From Klebsormidium nitens (taxonomy: Eukaryota; Plantae; Klebsormidiophyceae), in NCBI GenBank assembly GCA_000708835.1, contig DF237173.1:25438-89437 (forward strand): 64,000 bases of DNA, written 5' to 3'. Shown in pieces: positions 52,301-63,447 of the stretch (positions are counted from its first letter, which is position 1; each line of letters opens with the position of its first letter). The notes under the pieces are model-generated. The model saw only the letters and a list, made by a program, of their open reading frames with translations, searched no databases and was not told where the DNA came from. Both the position numbers and the translations under genes were made by a program.

Positions 52301-52411
52301 CTGGACGGACTCTTCGAATCTTTTTGTGGTCGATGTTGAGAAAGGACTTCTGGACCCTGCTTTGGACGCATCTCAAGCAAGCCTCGGCCAACAAGATGCG
52401 TTCGACGACTG
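46388..52411 (+). CDS. Conserved plant-type WD40-like/beta-propeller protein, about 11 exons
   Basis: Phase-consistent exons LPSPGSMHGSRIVIQ|AGVGASQCTAYVASGTQLYSVQ, HRSEVQALAL, LLGSIDAYGRVVV, GVGEGGWAGLAF, LSIWDLRMGERGGCTQRI, VGVTGASRCVYVFDTRRW...WSGCLKYE|VTGMHFS...GLDYE|VVCGTW...FRGDSRWLG. The beta-strand-rich pattern includes a WD dipeptide. Confidence 0.8.
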
Positions 52412-53166
52412 AAGGACCTGGCCAACGAACGGTTCGAGCTTTAGTCAGATCAAAGTTTCTCAAGTTTAATGCCGTACATCCATTTTTCGTTGGTCATGAG
52501 CTGATTCTGCAAGCCGAGACCGTTGTCGCGGTCATCTTTGACGGTCCTCCAATGCTAATGCATGCTGCGGGTGTGCCCCACGTCATTGCTGCCGTTCCCA
52601 CGTACCTACCAGTCTGCAAGGTTGCCGCCCATAGGCTGTTGGCAAATCAACTTATCGGTAAACGACTCGATCGAAAGATGTAGATGTAATGATGACGACA
52701 GGACGTGTAAAGTTGAGACCTAGTTACCTAATATAAGTTATGAGTTAATTGCATGCAATCCGTTGATCATTGAGCTGCCCGCCGAATGTCATGAGAAAGT
52801 GAAGACTAGTCGGTCCCGATCAGAGTGATTGCTCGGGCCGCCATACGCACTGGGACCGTCGTTTGATGTGTCCAGAATCTGCCATGTGTAAATATGCGCG
52901 ATATCGATCACAGATCCATTTGCGGATATACGAGTTGCGGATCCAAAAGAGTTTGGAAGTCTCCGTACTCCTAAAGTGACTGACCGCACGTTGTACTAAC
53001 CTGGCATCATACATGCAAAGACAAGAGTGAATTTACATCCACCGCACCTCTTCCCAAAGGCTCAGCCGCTTCATGAAGCGGCTTCCTGTAAAAAAGTGCA
53101 GGACAGTCTTCTGCATCAAGGTTGTAGCCAGTGATAAACCTCTCGACCCGGAATCTGCGCTGGTCG

Positions 53167-55461
53167 TCAAGTTTCTGTCTTCAACCGGGCGCCCGGCTCT
53201 TGTTTCACCCCGTCGCCCGACGGCTTAGCTTGCGCCGCTTCGAGCTGTGCAATCCGGTCCAACAGCTCCTTCTCTCGTTTTGCGTGCTCCTCTTCGACCA
53301 CAGCTAACCGATTCCGTACCGCCAACTCAACGGCTTCTTCCAAGGTCAACGGTTTTTGTTCGCTGACTTCCGCTGTGGGTGCGATCCGAGCGGCTCCGAC
53401 GGTTGCCAATCGTGGGGCCTCCTCAGCTTCGGCCTTGGGCTTCCTCTCCGCCTCTGCAGCTGTCGCGGCCGCCGCTGGAGACGCCTGCTCGAGAAGAAGT
53501 TTGCTCATAATGAATTCTCTAAAAGATCCTCGACATTCTGAGACAACGACAAGTGAAGGTAAAATCGGCAGAAGATCGTACCAGAACTGGAAGAAGACGA
53601 ATTGAAGGCCACAGCACTGGTCCTCAGAACTGCGAAGCAACTGCACACAGTCAAGCAGAAGCAATGACGAGGTCACCATCTTGAGTAGGTACGAAGCTTT
53701 CGGACAACAATGGACGAAAATGGATGATAGTCGGACTTAAGAGTGAATCGCGCGTAACGGCATATACCAGGCTGCTTGGCAGGGAGACGACTTACTTCAA
53801 CACAATGACCTGAACAAACGGATCGACCACAACCAGAAGCAGATTGCAAACAAAGCTCACGACAGTCCGACGGGCTGGTGTTCCATCCTCAAAAGCTACA
53901 TAAGGGCCGGGTAGACATCTGCGAGGCTCTCTCTCTCACACTCTTACGACTGTGTCAGACGGACGTACTGATCGCAATAAAAAAGGGCGCACAAAAGCAG
54001 GAAAGAGATAGAAGCATATAGTCCTTGCCTGGCCCTTCGTCTCAAGGCCTTCCGCTGCGCGCTCTGGCCCGTCCCTTGCCGGCGTCCCAGGTGCGTCTAC
54101 TGACACCTTCTGCTTTTTAGCGGCTGGCTCGGCGCCGATCTCTGCCCCCGACTTGACGCATGGTGCGTCACAAGTCACACTGCTGGACCGCCGATACACT
54201 TCTTTCAAAGACCTTTCTTTTCCCTTGCCCTTCTTCTCGGATCCCTCCGCTCCCCTCCCCGGCCCATCTCTTTCCGGCGTCCTAGGTCCATCTACCGACT
54301 CTCTCCGCCTTTTCGTTGGCGGGCTTGACGGAATCCTGTTTGGGGCTGCGTCTGGGCCTCCGCATAGTGCAACTAAGAGATCATTGTACGTCGCAGTACT
54401 TGTTTCTGGATCGATGGCCTTCTCCGCGATGTTCGGGATCCCGCGCTGCGTGGATTTGTGCGTCAACCGAATCAACCTCAGGTTAGGCCTTCTTGACAAG
54501 GTGAGGACCTTGTCCCAGTGGGACCACCGCGCAAGCACCACAACCAATACCCCCCGCTCGATGGCTTTCTCTGCCAAAGCTAGAGAGTAGCCCATGGTTC
54601 TTTTCAAGGCAGCGGGCTCAAACCGCGCTCCCGTTGCGTCTACGCTCATGGCGTATGAGTGCACTTGTTGGATCGCAATCCATTCTTGCACAATTCTGAG
54701 GGCCTCTTCGGGTGTCTTTCCGAACTTCTCCTCCAAATCTTTCAGAATCTGCTTGAGTTTCTTGTTGATCCACCAGGCCCTCCCAAAGGACGTCGAGAGT
54801 CCCCGGATTGGCTCCCCCTCTTGCAAGGGCTTTTGAAGTAGGTTGGAGTAGTACAATTCTCGCATGTCCTCGGTGAACTCTGAAGAAAACAGATCATATC
54901 CTGGCCTTTGCATGTGCCTGCATAGACAGTGATCTCGAGTTTGCAGGCTACCTAGTAGGCCTACTAGCAGAATCTACAACGTCCCTGACTATCCTGTCAA
55001 GCAAGCAAGTCTTGGCACTGAGCGTGTGGCACAACATCATCGCAGCTCAGGCAAAAACGGAGACATACTCTTCCTTGGGGTGGAACACTGCTGATAAGAA
55101 TGCAGGTTTCGTTTGGTAATTGCGCTTTAGATCTGAAAGAGATGGCCGATATTGACAGAGTGTGAACATGGGGAATCCATTTGGCCCTGAGAAAATGATG
55201 TCAAGGACTATCTTGGACTGAGTTTACAGCACGAATGGTCGCCACTTACCCGAGCAAGAAGAGAACTCGGCCGGTGGCGTAGTTTCCCTGGTGCGGAAGG
55301 GGCGCAAGATGCCTCTGAATCTTCTACTTTTCCACCCACTCCTCACCCAGCTTCTGGAACAGGGCCTTGTCTTTTGTGTCCACGGTGAAGTCTATCGGCT
55401 CACCAATTAGTAACTTCCGGCGCCACTCAACCACCGAAGGTGCCCATGGGTTATCCGACAT
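53167..55461 (-). CDS. Orphan multi-exon hypothetical protein; proposed exons 55461-55347, 55186(or 55132)-55069, 54917-54029, 53484-53167
   Basis: A 325-codon ORF (53936-54913) and a 170-codon ORF (53167-53679) join upstream short exons through phase-compatible splice sites; the third intron needs a GC donor (CAG|gcaagg). The product is a globular N-terminal domain, a charged repeat region and a coiled-coil tail. Confidence 0.6.
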
Positions 55462-56896
55462 TTCCTGCAGAAACAGAATCTTATGCTTAGACCTTGCACA
55501 ATCAGCCGGAGTTTGTTCGCTTCAATTGAATCTTCTAGGTTATCTTCAGTATGCAAAAGAAGGTTCACGGCCTTCGTCTAAAAAGGCGGCCAAAGAAGGG
55601 GCCTAAGAGCAGACCCAAAGAATCAGAAGGGACAGGCGTCTGAGGGGTCCTATCTCTTTGAAGCATACAGAATCCGTCGCTCGTTCGCTTTCTCAGACAA
55701 TCGGTACATATTGGCGCAGGAAGTTGTTTGTTTCACACAATCCAATCATAAGCGAACTGCTTGCCAACATGGGTTGCTGAGAATGAGATACCTGCTTCAA
55801 GTGCAAGGCGGCAAACATTGTGAAGTGTAGGTACAAGGGTGGGGCCTTCGGACAATGAAAGTGCTCAGCATTACTAGTTCAGATATTGAAGGAGGATTGC
55901 AGGCCAAAGTCCAGCTTTCTCCAAGTAAGATCTTATTGGGCGCTCAGCCTACAGAGCAAAAGCAAGGCCACAATGCAGAAGATACATTTGGATCAGACAC
56001 GGGATGCCCGCAGCTCCAGAAGGATGCTGCATTGCTCTGTGTAGTTGAACAATTGTCAAACATTTCAAACACATCCAACTTTTTAGCTGACACCAACGTT
56101 AAGAAAGCTCACTTGCGCGCAGAACAGGAAGCCAGAGCTGGCTCGGGACCAGAAGTTGCAAAAGGTGGTGGAGCTGCCCTTAAGAAACCATGAGCTCAGA
56201 AAGTTTGTGTCCCCGTCTCTTGTCACACCCGGTTCAACGGTCAATGCTGCAGCACAGCAGGCGCCCCTTGCCTGCTTCCCATCAGACTTTCGCAACCTGC
56301 TAAGGGCTGGCGAAGGGCGTGCGCCCCTGGAGACTTGTCCTGTGCACTTTCTTACTTCGCCTTCTCAGGACATTTGATACTGCCACAAAGCAGCTCGCCC
56401 AGGAAAGGACTCCTTCAACTTTTAAGTTCGCCTCTCCACTCCAAGATCATGAGTACGTGCAGTTTTGCTGGGTGCCAGACTGTGCACAGATTATTCAGCA
56501 GATGGCTGACGTCATATGGTTCTCGAGTGGCAAATTCAGCCGGTGTTTCTTCGAGGGCTGACGCAATGCAGGCACCTTTTCCTTCAATTTGTTCAAAGTT
56601 CAGTGCCAGACATGCATTCAATGAGGATTGCACACTTTTAGTGACAGCCAGCGCGGACTGTTTTGAGGAGGCGGCCAGCATGCATCTTCCTTCAATGGAT
56701 CCTTCAGGCCCATGTTGAAAGTTGGAAGGAGCCATTTGAAAGGTTTCCAAAGGCTACGGCGGCAATCAGTGTGTGTGGTACATTTGCGGAGTTGTATGTA
56801 ACCTTTTGCGCCTAAGCTGGTTCCCTTCGAAGACACGGTTTTAGAGACACGGTTTACTATCAGATGCTTCCAAGTAAGTAGCAACCTGTTACAGCA

Positions 56897-59800
56897 ATGG
56901 AGCTCTCACATGCATACATTCAGCACCCTCCCCTGCGCTTTGACATTCCTGGGGCGCTTGGGGTGATGTACGATGACGGCAACAAGCTACTTCTTGTTCC
57001 CGCTCAGGGGTGCATCTATTCGTGGCCTGCAGCTCACCACCCCCCTGAATCTAAACCCGCTGTCACCAAAGTCAAAGAGGGCCCCGTGCTCGCCGTGCGC
57101 TTTGCCCTGGATCGCAAGTTTGTCTCCATTCAGCGGTCGGACTATGAGATGGAGATCATCGACCTTGAAAGAAACTATGCTTTCCGGCAGCGGTGCAAGC
57201 AGAAGGGGGAGCGGATCCTGGGGTTTTTCTGGAGCGATTCCCCAGTCGCTGACCTCGTTTTCGTGACCTCTGGGGGGCTGGAGATGTACGCGATCCTGCA
57301 GTCAAGGAAGGGGCTGAGGCTGATGGAAGTGCGACGCCAGGATGTCAGCTGGTGAGTTGCTATTAAGTTGCCCTTCGTCTTTCAGCACTTTTGGCTGTGC
57401 CTCGCACTTTCCCCTCTTCGCTCCTTGTAATGTCAGGTTTGACTTCGACGACAAGCACAACAGAGTAAAGTTCGCCACCATGTAGTCAGTGCTATTGAAT
57501 TGCGGTAGTTTATTGTCGTTGAATGTTGTAGTTGAGTCATTCAGTCTGTACCACCACTGCTGCGTTATTGTTGGTTGCTCAATTGTGATTGATCGGTTCC
57601 TCAAATCCGTTACGAATGCCCCCACAGTCGCCATCAACAGGAACATGAGCTTGGCAAAAGAGTAGCCCTGACTAAATCGATATCAGTGCACCAAGACTCA
57701 ATTGCCTACGGGTTTACTCTTAAGTTGACAAGGTCAAGTCTTTTATCGTTCTCAGAACAGAGATGCTTCTACTTCATCATCTGTGGTGCATGCCCCAAAA
57801 AAGTCTTTGACAACTCTGTTGACCGACACCTCCTCAGGGGATAAGGGGACTGTTTTTAGTACAGCAGGTCACTTTGAGCACTTCCTTCGGTGGTTGGTTG
57901 CCCTCAAGCAACTCTCCCTGATGAGACCACTGCCTCTTATTTCCCAGGTACGTCTACACTCACGAGAGCCGTATGGTCCTCTTGGCCAGCGGCATGCAGT
58001 GCAAGTCCCTCGCAGGCTTCCAGTTTAGTGCGGGGGGCCTCGTGCGCCTACCCAAGTTCGAGGTCACCATAACCCGTGAGGGGGCTAACCGGAAACCCGT
58101 TCTGGCCCCTGAGGACGTCCGGATTGCGACCATGTACGGACGGCTGTACTGCCTCCAAACAGACAGGGCTGCGCGACAGCTGCGGATGTACCGCTTCTAC
58201 AGGGATGCGGTCGTGCCGCAGACCTCGCTGTCACTGTACTCAACAGAGGTGAGCGTTTACAACCAAAGAGGAATTTTGTCTGGTTCTTCTTTCTTTAAAG
58301 AAAAGACCGTCCGTTTCGACAAGGGGATGGTTTCAGAAGAGTCGGGCAGACTCTTTTGTCCTAATTCAATCACTCGATGTCACAGTTCGATTCTTTGCAG
58401 GAATAATCTGTCTGTCCTCTTTGCTAATTCGAGCTTAAAAATCTCTTGATAGCGTCGTCGTACCCCGTCTAAGGTTCCATACCATGGGGCCCAGATGCAT
58501 TATTCATGAGCCCTTATTGCCCGTAGCTTTTTGAATGAAGTTGCCGTTTTCGTTTGGAGAACTTACTCGACAGAGGATCTCGGGGCCCGACTTACATTGC
58601 CCGATCTCTTCCTGATCACACCCGATCAGGCGCGCGTTAATTCTCCTCTCACCTTTAAAGATTGGAAAAGAAAAGAGTTGTCTTTCTTGGAAAAGAAGCG
58701 TCCAAGTCTGGCTCCTTCTCCCAACCAGGATTCAAATTCTGACAGCAAGCCTTCGTCACATGCTCTTCGAAGGGCCAGCTCACATTCCAACCCGCATCAC
58801 ACGGCTAGACTGCTGACGTCACCATTCTGACGTTATCTACTCCCCCAGGTCGCCATCAACGTCGTCGACAGCACCCTGGTCATCCACAACACCGACTCGG
58901 GCGTCGTCCTCCTCTTTGACGTCCTCTCTGACGTCAGCCAGCCCCTGGCCTCCCCCCTCCCGCTGACCCTGCGGGGCGCCCCCTCCGATGAGAAGGCGCT
59001 TGCGCCCCACGAGAAGGAGCTGTACGGCGCCGGATGGGTGTACTTGAATCCGGACTTGATTCTGGACCATAAGCACGGCCTGCTGTGGAAAGTCAGGTGA
59101 TGCATGATGTTTCCACTTCGTGTCGAAGCGAAGCCTTCCCCTAAAGTGTCATGTATAGAGGCGATAGATGCAGCGTCGGCTTTGGTCGGCTTCTAGTCAC
59201 TTCCTTTTACCTCGTCGCCCCAAATTGACTCTCCATCTTCGCTTTGGATGTGAGCGTCCGGTCATGATCGGTGTTGACAGCAAAGGCTGAGCTCCTGAAA
59301 CACACTCACGCTTTTCTTATCAACTCTCATGTCTTGAAGTCCACCACACTCCGCGGTGACGTTTTCCCCAATATTAAGTTGACTACGCCCGGCCTATTCG
59401 TATGCTATCTCGCCGTGGTTGCTGGGTCAGTCTTTTCAGAGGAGTTTGTACTTGCCAGTCGAGGATCGCACCTCCAAGCTTATCTTTGTGAAACAGCGCT
59501 TCGATCGGGACAACCTGGGCCTTGTCTTCGAAAAAGATCGTCGATCTTCAAACTCCACTGTGTTCAAGTCACGTGAAGCTACTATTGCCATGGAAGGCTC
59601 TGCCTGAGGGCGTTGCCGCCAGCCGCTCAACCTCCTTGCAGAAGCAGACGGGGCTTGATCAAGAAAGCTGGGGAAGAAAACCGTTATAAAACCGATGTCC
59701 GCAAGCTCAATCTGGAGGCAACCGCCGCGAGCAGCTGCAAGACACCCTTGCAGTAACACCTTTTCTCCAGACGCACCAAACATTTTCTCAAACCCTTCTT

Positions 59801-62794
59801 TCACGTCCGCAGGCTCGACCTGGAGGCCATCGCCGCCAGCTGTTCCGACCCCAGCGCCCTCGTCGGCTTTCTGCAGCGCCGCCGGGCCGAGCCGCAGGTT
59901 GGCCGCCGGTTGACGATCGCCGCGCTACAGTCGATGCTAGCCGAGCGCAGTCCCCTGCATGCGGTGGGGGCCGCTCTGGACGTCGTTGCGCTGGCGTGTG
60001 CGAGCGCCATGAAAGTGGTGAGGACGGATCCGAAATCTCGGTTGTGAATCTAAAGGGGGTCTGGTGTCGACAATCTGATGCCAATCACAACCGGTCCAAC
60101 ATCGAATGGGAATTTCTAACCGACGGAGCCAGGGACTTGGCAAAGGCCTGCTTCTCAGTTGCGCAGTATCCGGCATGCTATAGCGTGTCCAGTTACGGAC
60201 GTTTCGTTTGAAAGCAACAACACACAGTCCTAGGTGTATTCTGTGTGTTAGTAGGATAGAAACACGAAGGGATGGTTTCTCGAAATGGCTTCTTGCAGCA
60301 GCCTTTAGGGAGATTCCTTTCGAATTAGTGATGGGTCGGGATTTAAATAAGGCTTGCAAAATGTTGAACCGGACATAGATGGCATGTGAATGGGACGGCG
60401 TTCTCAATAGGGCTGTTCTGCAAGTGCGTGGCCCTGGAGGACAGTTCGTTGAGGGCGGTGTCTTTTTGCCTTTGTTCACGGCAGGTAGCGCTGTGTTTCT
60501 GTCCACATGGACCTTGCCTAGAAGGGGATGACGTCGCCAATGTCATTCTCGGTTGCACCTCAACGACTATTCAGCTGACTTCTTGGCAGTTTACTTGCTT
60601 TGGGTGGTCACCTCCGAGTCGGCGCTCGATGCTAAAGTTCCTGCAATTCTGGCGGTCTCTGGAAGCCGCGAATGTCGGCCAGCTTATCGCAGCCCTGACA
60701 GAAGTGATGGAAGTAGAACGCGGACTCCCGGCCTGTCACTTTCGATGACCCCCTTCAGTTGTAACCTTCAAATCGACGGTCCAACAGGTCTCTCCGGCAG
60801 AATTTTCCGTCGATATTCCTGCTTTTGTAGCCAAGGGGGCTCGCGAGGGTTGCGCGGCGATCCATGTTCTCCCTCCATCCGTTCTGACAGTCACGATAAG
60901 TGGCTGAGTGTCAAGCACGTTTTCATTTGCAGACCAGCCAAGCGCTCTCCGCCCCCTCCCCCGGCCCCTCTGCCCGCATTACCCCCGCACATCTGCGCCT
61001 CGCCCACGCGCGGCCGCTCGGCGCACCCCCGGCCAACGAGGCGACGACGTCAGCGCAGCCCGTAGGGGAACACGTGGCGGCGTCTGAGCTGCCGCGGCTG
61101 CTGTCGAGCGGCTTCGCAGGGCCCCCACCGCAGAGAGAGGAGGAGAAGCCGCCTGAACTGCGCGAGGGGAGTAGTACGACCGGTGTGGATAAGGGGGAGA
61201 CCGGGGAAAGGGAGAAGGGGGGTGGTAAAAGTGGGTATCTGGAAGGAAGAGAGGACGGAGGAGGAAACGGGAGGGCAGAGGAGGATGGCGCGTCGGGAGG
61301 TGAGGGCGCTGAGGAAAAGGGGAGAAAACCAAGCGCCGAGGCGAAAGGCAAAGGGAAAGTAGAACTGGGAGCCAGCCCCGGTCCCCTTAGCGAACCCAGC
61401 CAAAATCGTCGGTGGCCTACCGACCGGCCCAAACTGTCCCTCGGCGAGATCCGCCCAGATGACCCCGAACCGAGTGCGTCCCGCCCCTCCTCAAGCGGCC
61501 GGGTCGTTCCCCCGGGGGGTCCTCCCTCCCTGCAAAACAGCCCGGTGTGGCGTGTGCTGTCCCCGGTGGTTCCTCCCGACGAGGTGTTCTCGCAGGTCCT
61601 GAGGGACGCCCCTAGAGAGGGATCCCCCGGGGCTTTGTACCTGGCAGCGGTGCTGATCGAACATATACGGAGCTTGGCGGCGGTGGACTTGCGCACCCCC
61701 CCGGAAGTGTACGAGCTGCTGATCCGGCTGCTGCTGCAGGAGGGGCGGGCGGGGCAACTCACGGCGCTGCTCGAAAGCAAGGTGGGGGCTATCTCTTTCT
61801 CTTTTACCTACAAAGGCATGAAACTCAATCTGCAGAGCCGTACAAGAGCTCGCGCTGTTCTTCATTTTCAAGGGCCAGAAACGTTGTTTGACATACCGAG
61901 AGGTCGATATCCTTTGGACCTCCCTAGTCTTCTTTTATGGAGACCTCCTGGCCTACTTTCTCAAGCAGGGAACATGGTCCCCCGAGAGCTTCTTCTCCAG
62001 AACTCCGCTCTGCACCTGTAATGGTGTAGGCCTCCAAAAATCGTCTAAGTTTATCATACCAGTCCCGCCTTTCCAACCTGGTCTGACCTTGGAACGTTTT
62101 TTGCAGGTAATCGAGCCGTCCGTGGCCGTAGCCCAGCAGCTTCTTGGGGAAGCGGTGGATCAGCCGGACGTCCGCTCGATTGGTCTAAGCATGCTGCGGA
62201 CGCTGAAGGCACACAGGTGGGCTCCCTAATTGTCTGCATTGTCCGACTCCAGACGCAGAATGCGGGATCTGAAAAGTGTTCAAGCATACGACTTTGTTCT
62301 GCTTAAACGTGCCTGCGGGTCCCAGGCACAAAGGAGAGGTATGCGGTCTGTGTCGGCTGATCAAAATGTTGGTATGTATGTAGATTTCAGAGGTACAATT
62401 GCACTTATCCAGGATTATCTGCCGCTTGTCAAGTTGGTCGGACTTTGCAACTACTTTAAAATCTGTCCTTCCAATGCGACCGGTTCATCTTCCATCCTGT
62501 TGTCTCAAGAAGTCCTCTTCCGCTTGGAACAGGGAATACGTGGACGCCCTCTTGGCGTTTGGAAACCTTACGGAGGCCATGCGTTACGTACGTCATCAGC
62601 AGGTCGAAGACGTCATCCCGCCCGCGTCCTTCCTGGAGCGGGCCGTAACACTGGGGAATAAGCAGTTACTGGCTGCAGTGTACCGTTTCTGTGTGGATTC
62701 TATACCGGGCTTTGCAAACTCGCCGGACCAGAGGCTGTATCTGCCAGTCCTTCAGCAGCAAGTGGCAGCAGGGGGAGAGGGCGCACCCTGGTAG
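56897..62794 (+). CDS. RMC1: RMC1/Mic1 (regulator of MON1-CCZ1 complex, C18orf8-like)
   Basis: MYDDGNKLLLV, GPVLAVRFALDRKFVSIQRS, ERILGFFW...DLVFVTSGGLE, VSW|YVYTHESRMVLLASG, VAINVVDSTLVIHNTDSGVVLLFDV, and Mic1-like C-terminal YLAAVLIEHIRSL...LLESKVIEPS...EYVDALLAFGNLTEAMRYVR. Confidence 0.9.
59590..59812 (+). repeat. Two degenerate copies (108-bp period) of an RMC1 exon acceptor junction
   Basis: aag|gctctgcctgagggcgttgccgccagccgctcaacc (59597) and caa|gctcaatctggaggcaaccgccgcgagcagctg (59705) vs real cag|gctcgacctggaggccatcgccgccagctgttccgacc (59813). Confidence 0.85.
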
Positions 62795-63253
62795 CTCTTG
62801 ACAAGGTTTCAAGTCGAGAAAGTTACATGCGGAAGAGATCGTCGAGCTGATGAAGGGCAAATTAAAGGACTTGAACATTCCCGTGATACTGAGACGTTGT
62901 ATCAATTGCGTCAGTTCGCCCCCAAGCTTGTAAGTCGAGATGAACCATTGACTGATGCGCATTCAATCTTGTTCTCCCTTGCAACCTAATCCATATACAC
63001 CCCGGACGGACTTTGTTCAAAACGAGTCCATCTGGCCGCCAAATTGGAACCGTGTTTGCAAGCGGCACTGAGGTTGGGTGATAGCGGCTTGGCATGCTTG
63101 CAACGTTCCGTCCAGTGAATAAGCTTCAAACAATCAGAACTTGCCGGCTCCCAACCTTAAGTTATCTGATACCCGGTCTTCCCGCCTAGCGTATTTGAGA
63201 CATGTTGCAAGTGTGTCCCAGGATGTTGCATGCTAAACTTCTGGCCACAGTTG

Positions 63254-63447
63254 TTAAGGCCTTGAAGAATTGACGTTCATGCACTTGCCTCCTCCGCGTT
63301 GTTCATGCTTCAATTGCCTGTGCTTCATACTGTAAAAGGTTATCTTCGAGTTGAAGATCGTTGTAGCGCATTGATTACAAGCAATGTGATAGTTGACAAC
63401 ATTGTCCATGAATCCACGTTCCTTACAATCTGCCAAGTCTACGAGAC
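63254..63447 (-). CDS. Possible terminal exon of a further minus-strand gene entering from the right
   Basis: An acceptor tttcag| is followed by an open frame GLVDLADCKERGF...NSSRP*. A hydrophobic upstream ORF segment (AVCGGIGVALSSGGMSRAFSAAMGY) is present. No family was recognised. Confidence 0.22.

Noticed and set aside
55145-55190. Plus-strand DIDR..WGNPF-like motif (DUF4326-like)
   Set aside because: It needs both a stop bypass and a frameshift, and it lies antisense to the modelled orphan gene, so it is likely coincidence.
55855-56750. Short ORFs 55855-56193 (+) and 56415-56750 (-) between the orphan gene and RMC1
   Set aside because: No motifs, and no splice model I could support. They may be UTR or upstream exons of the flanking genes.
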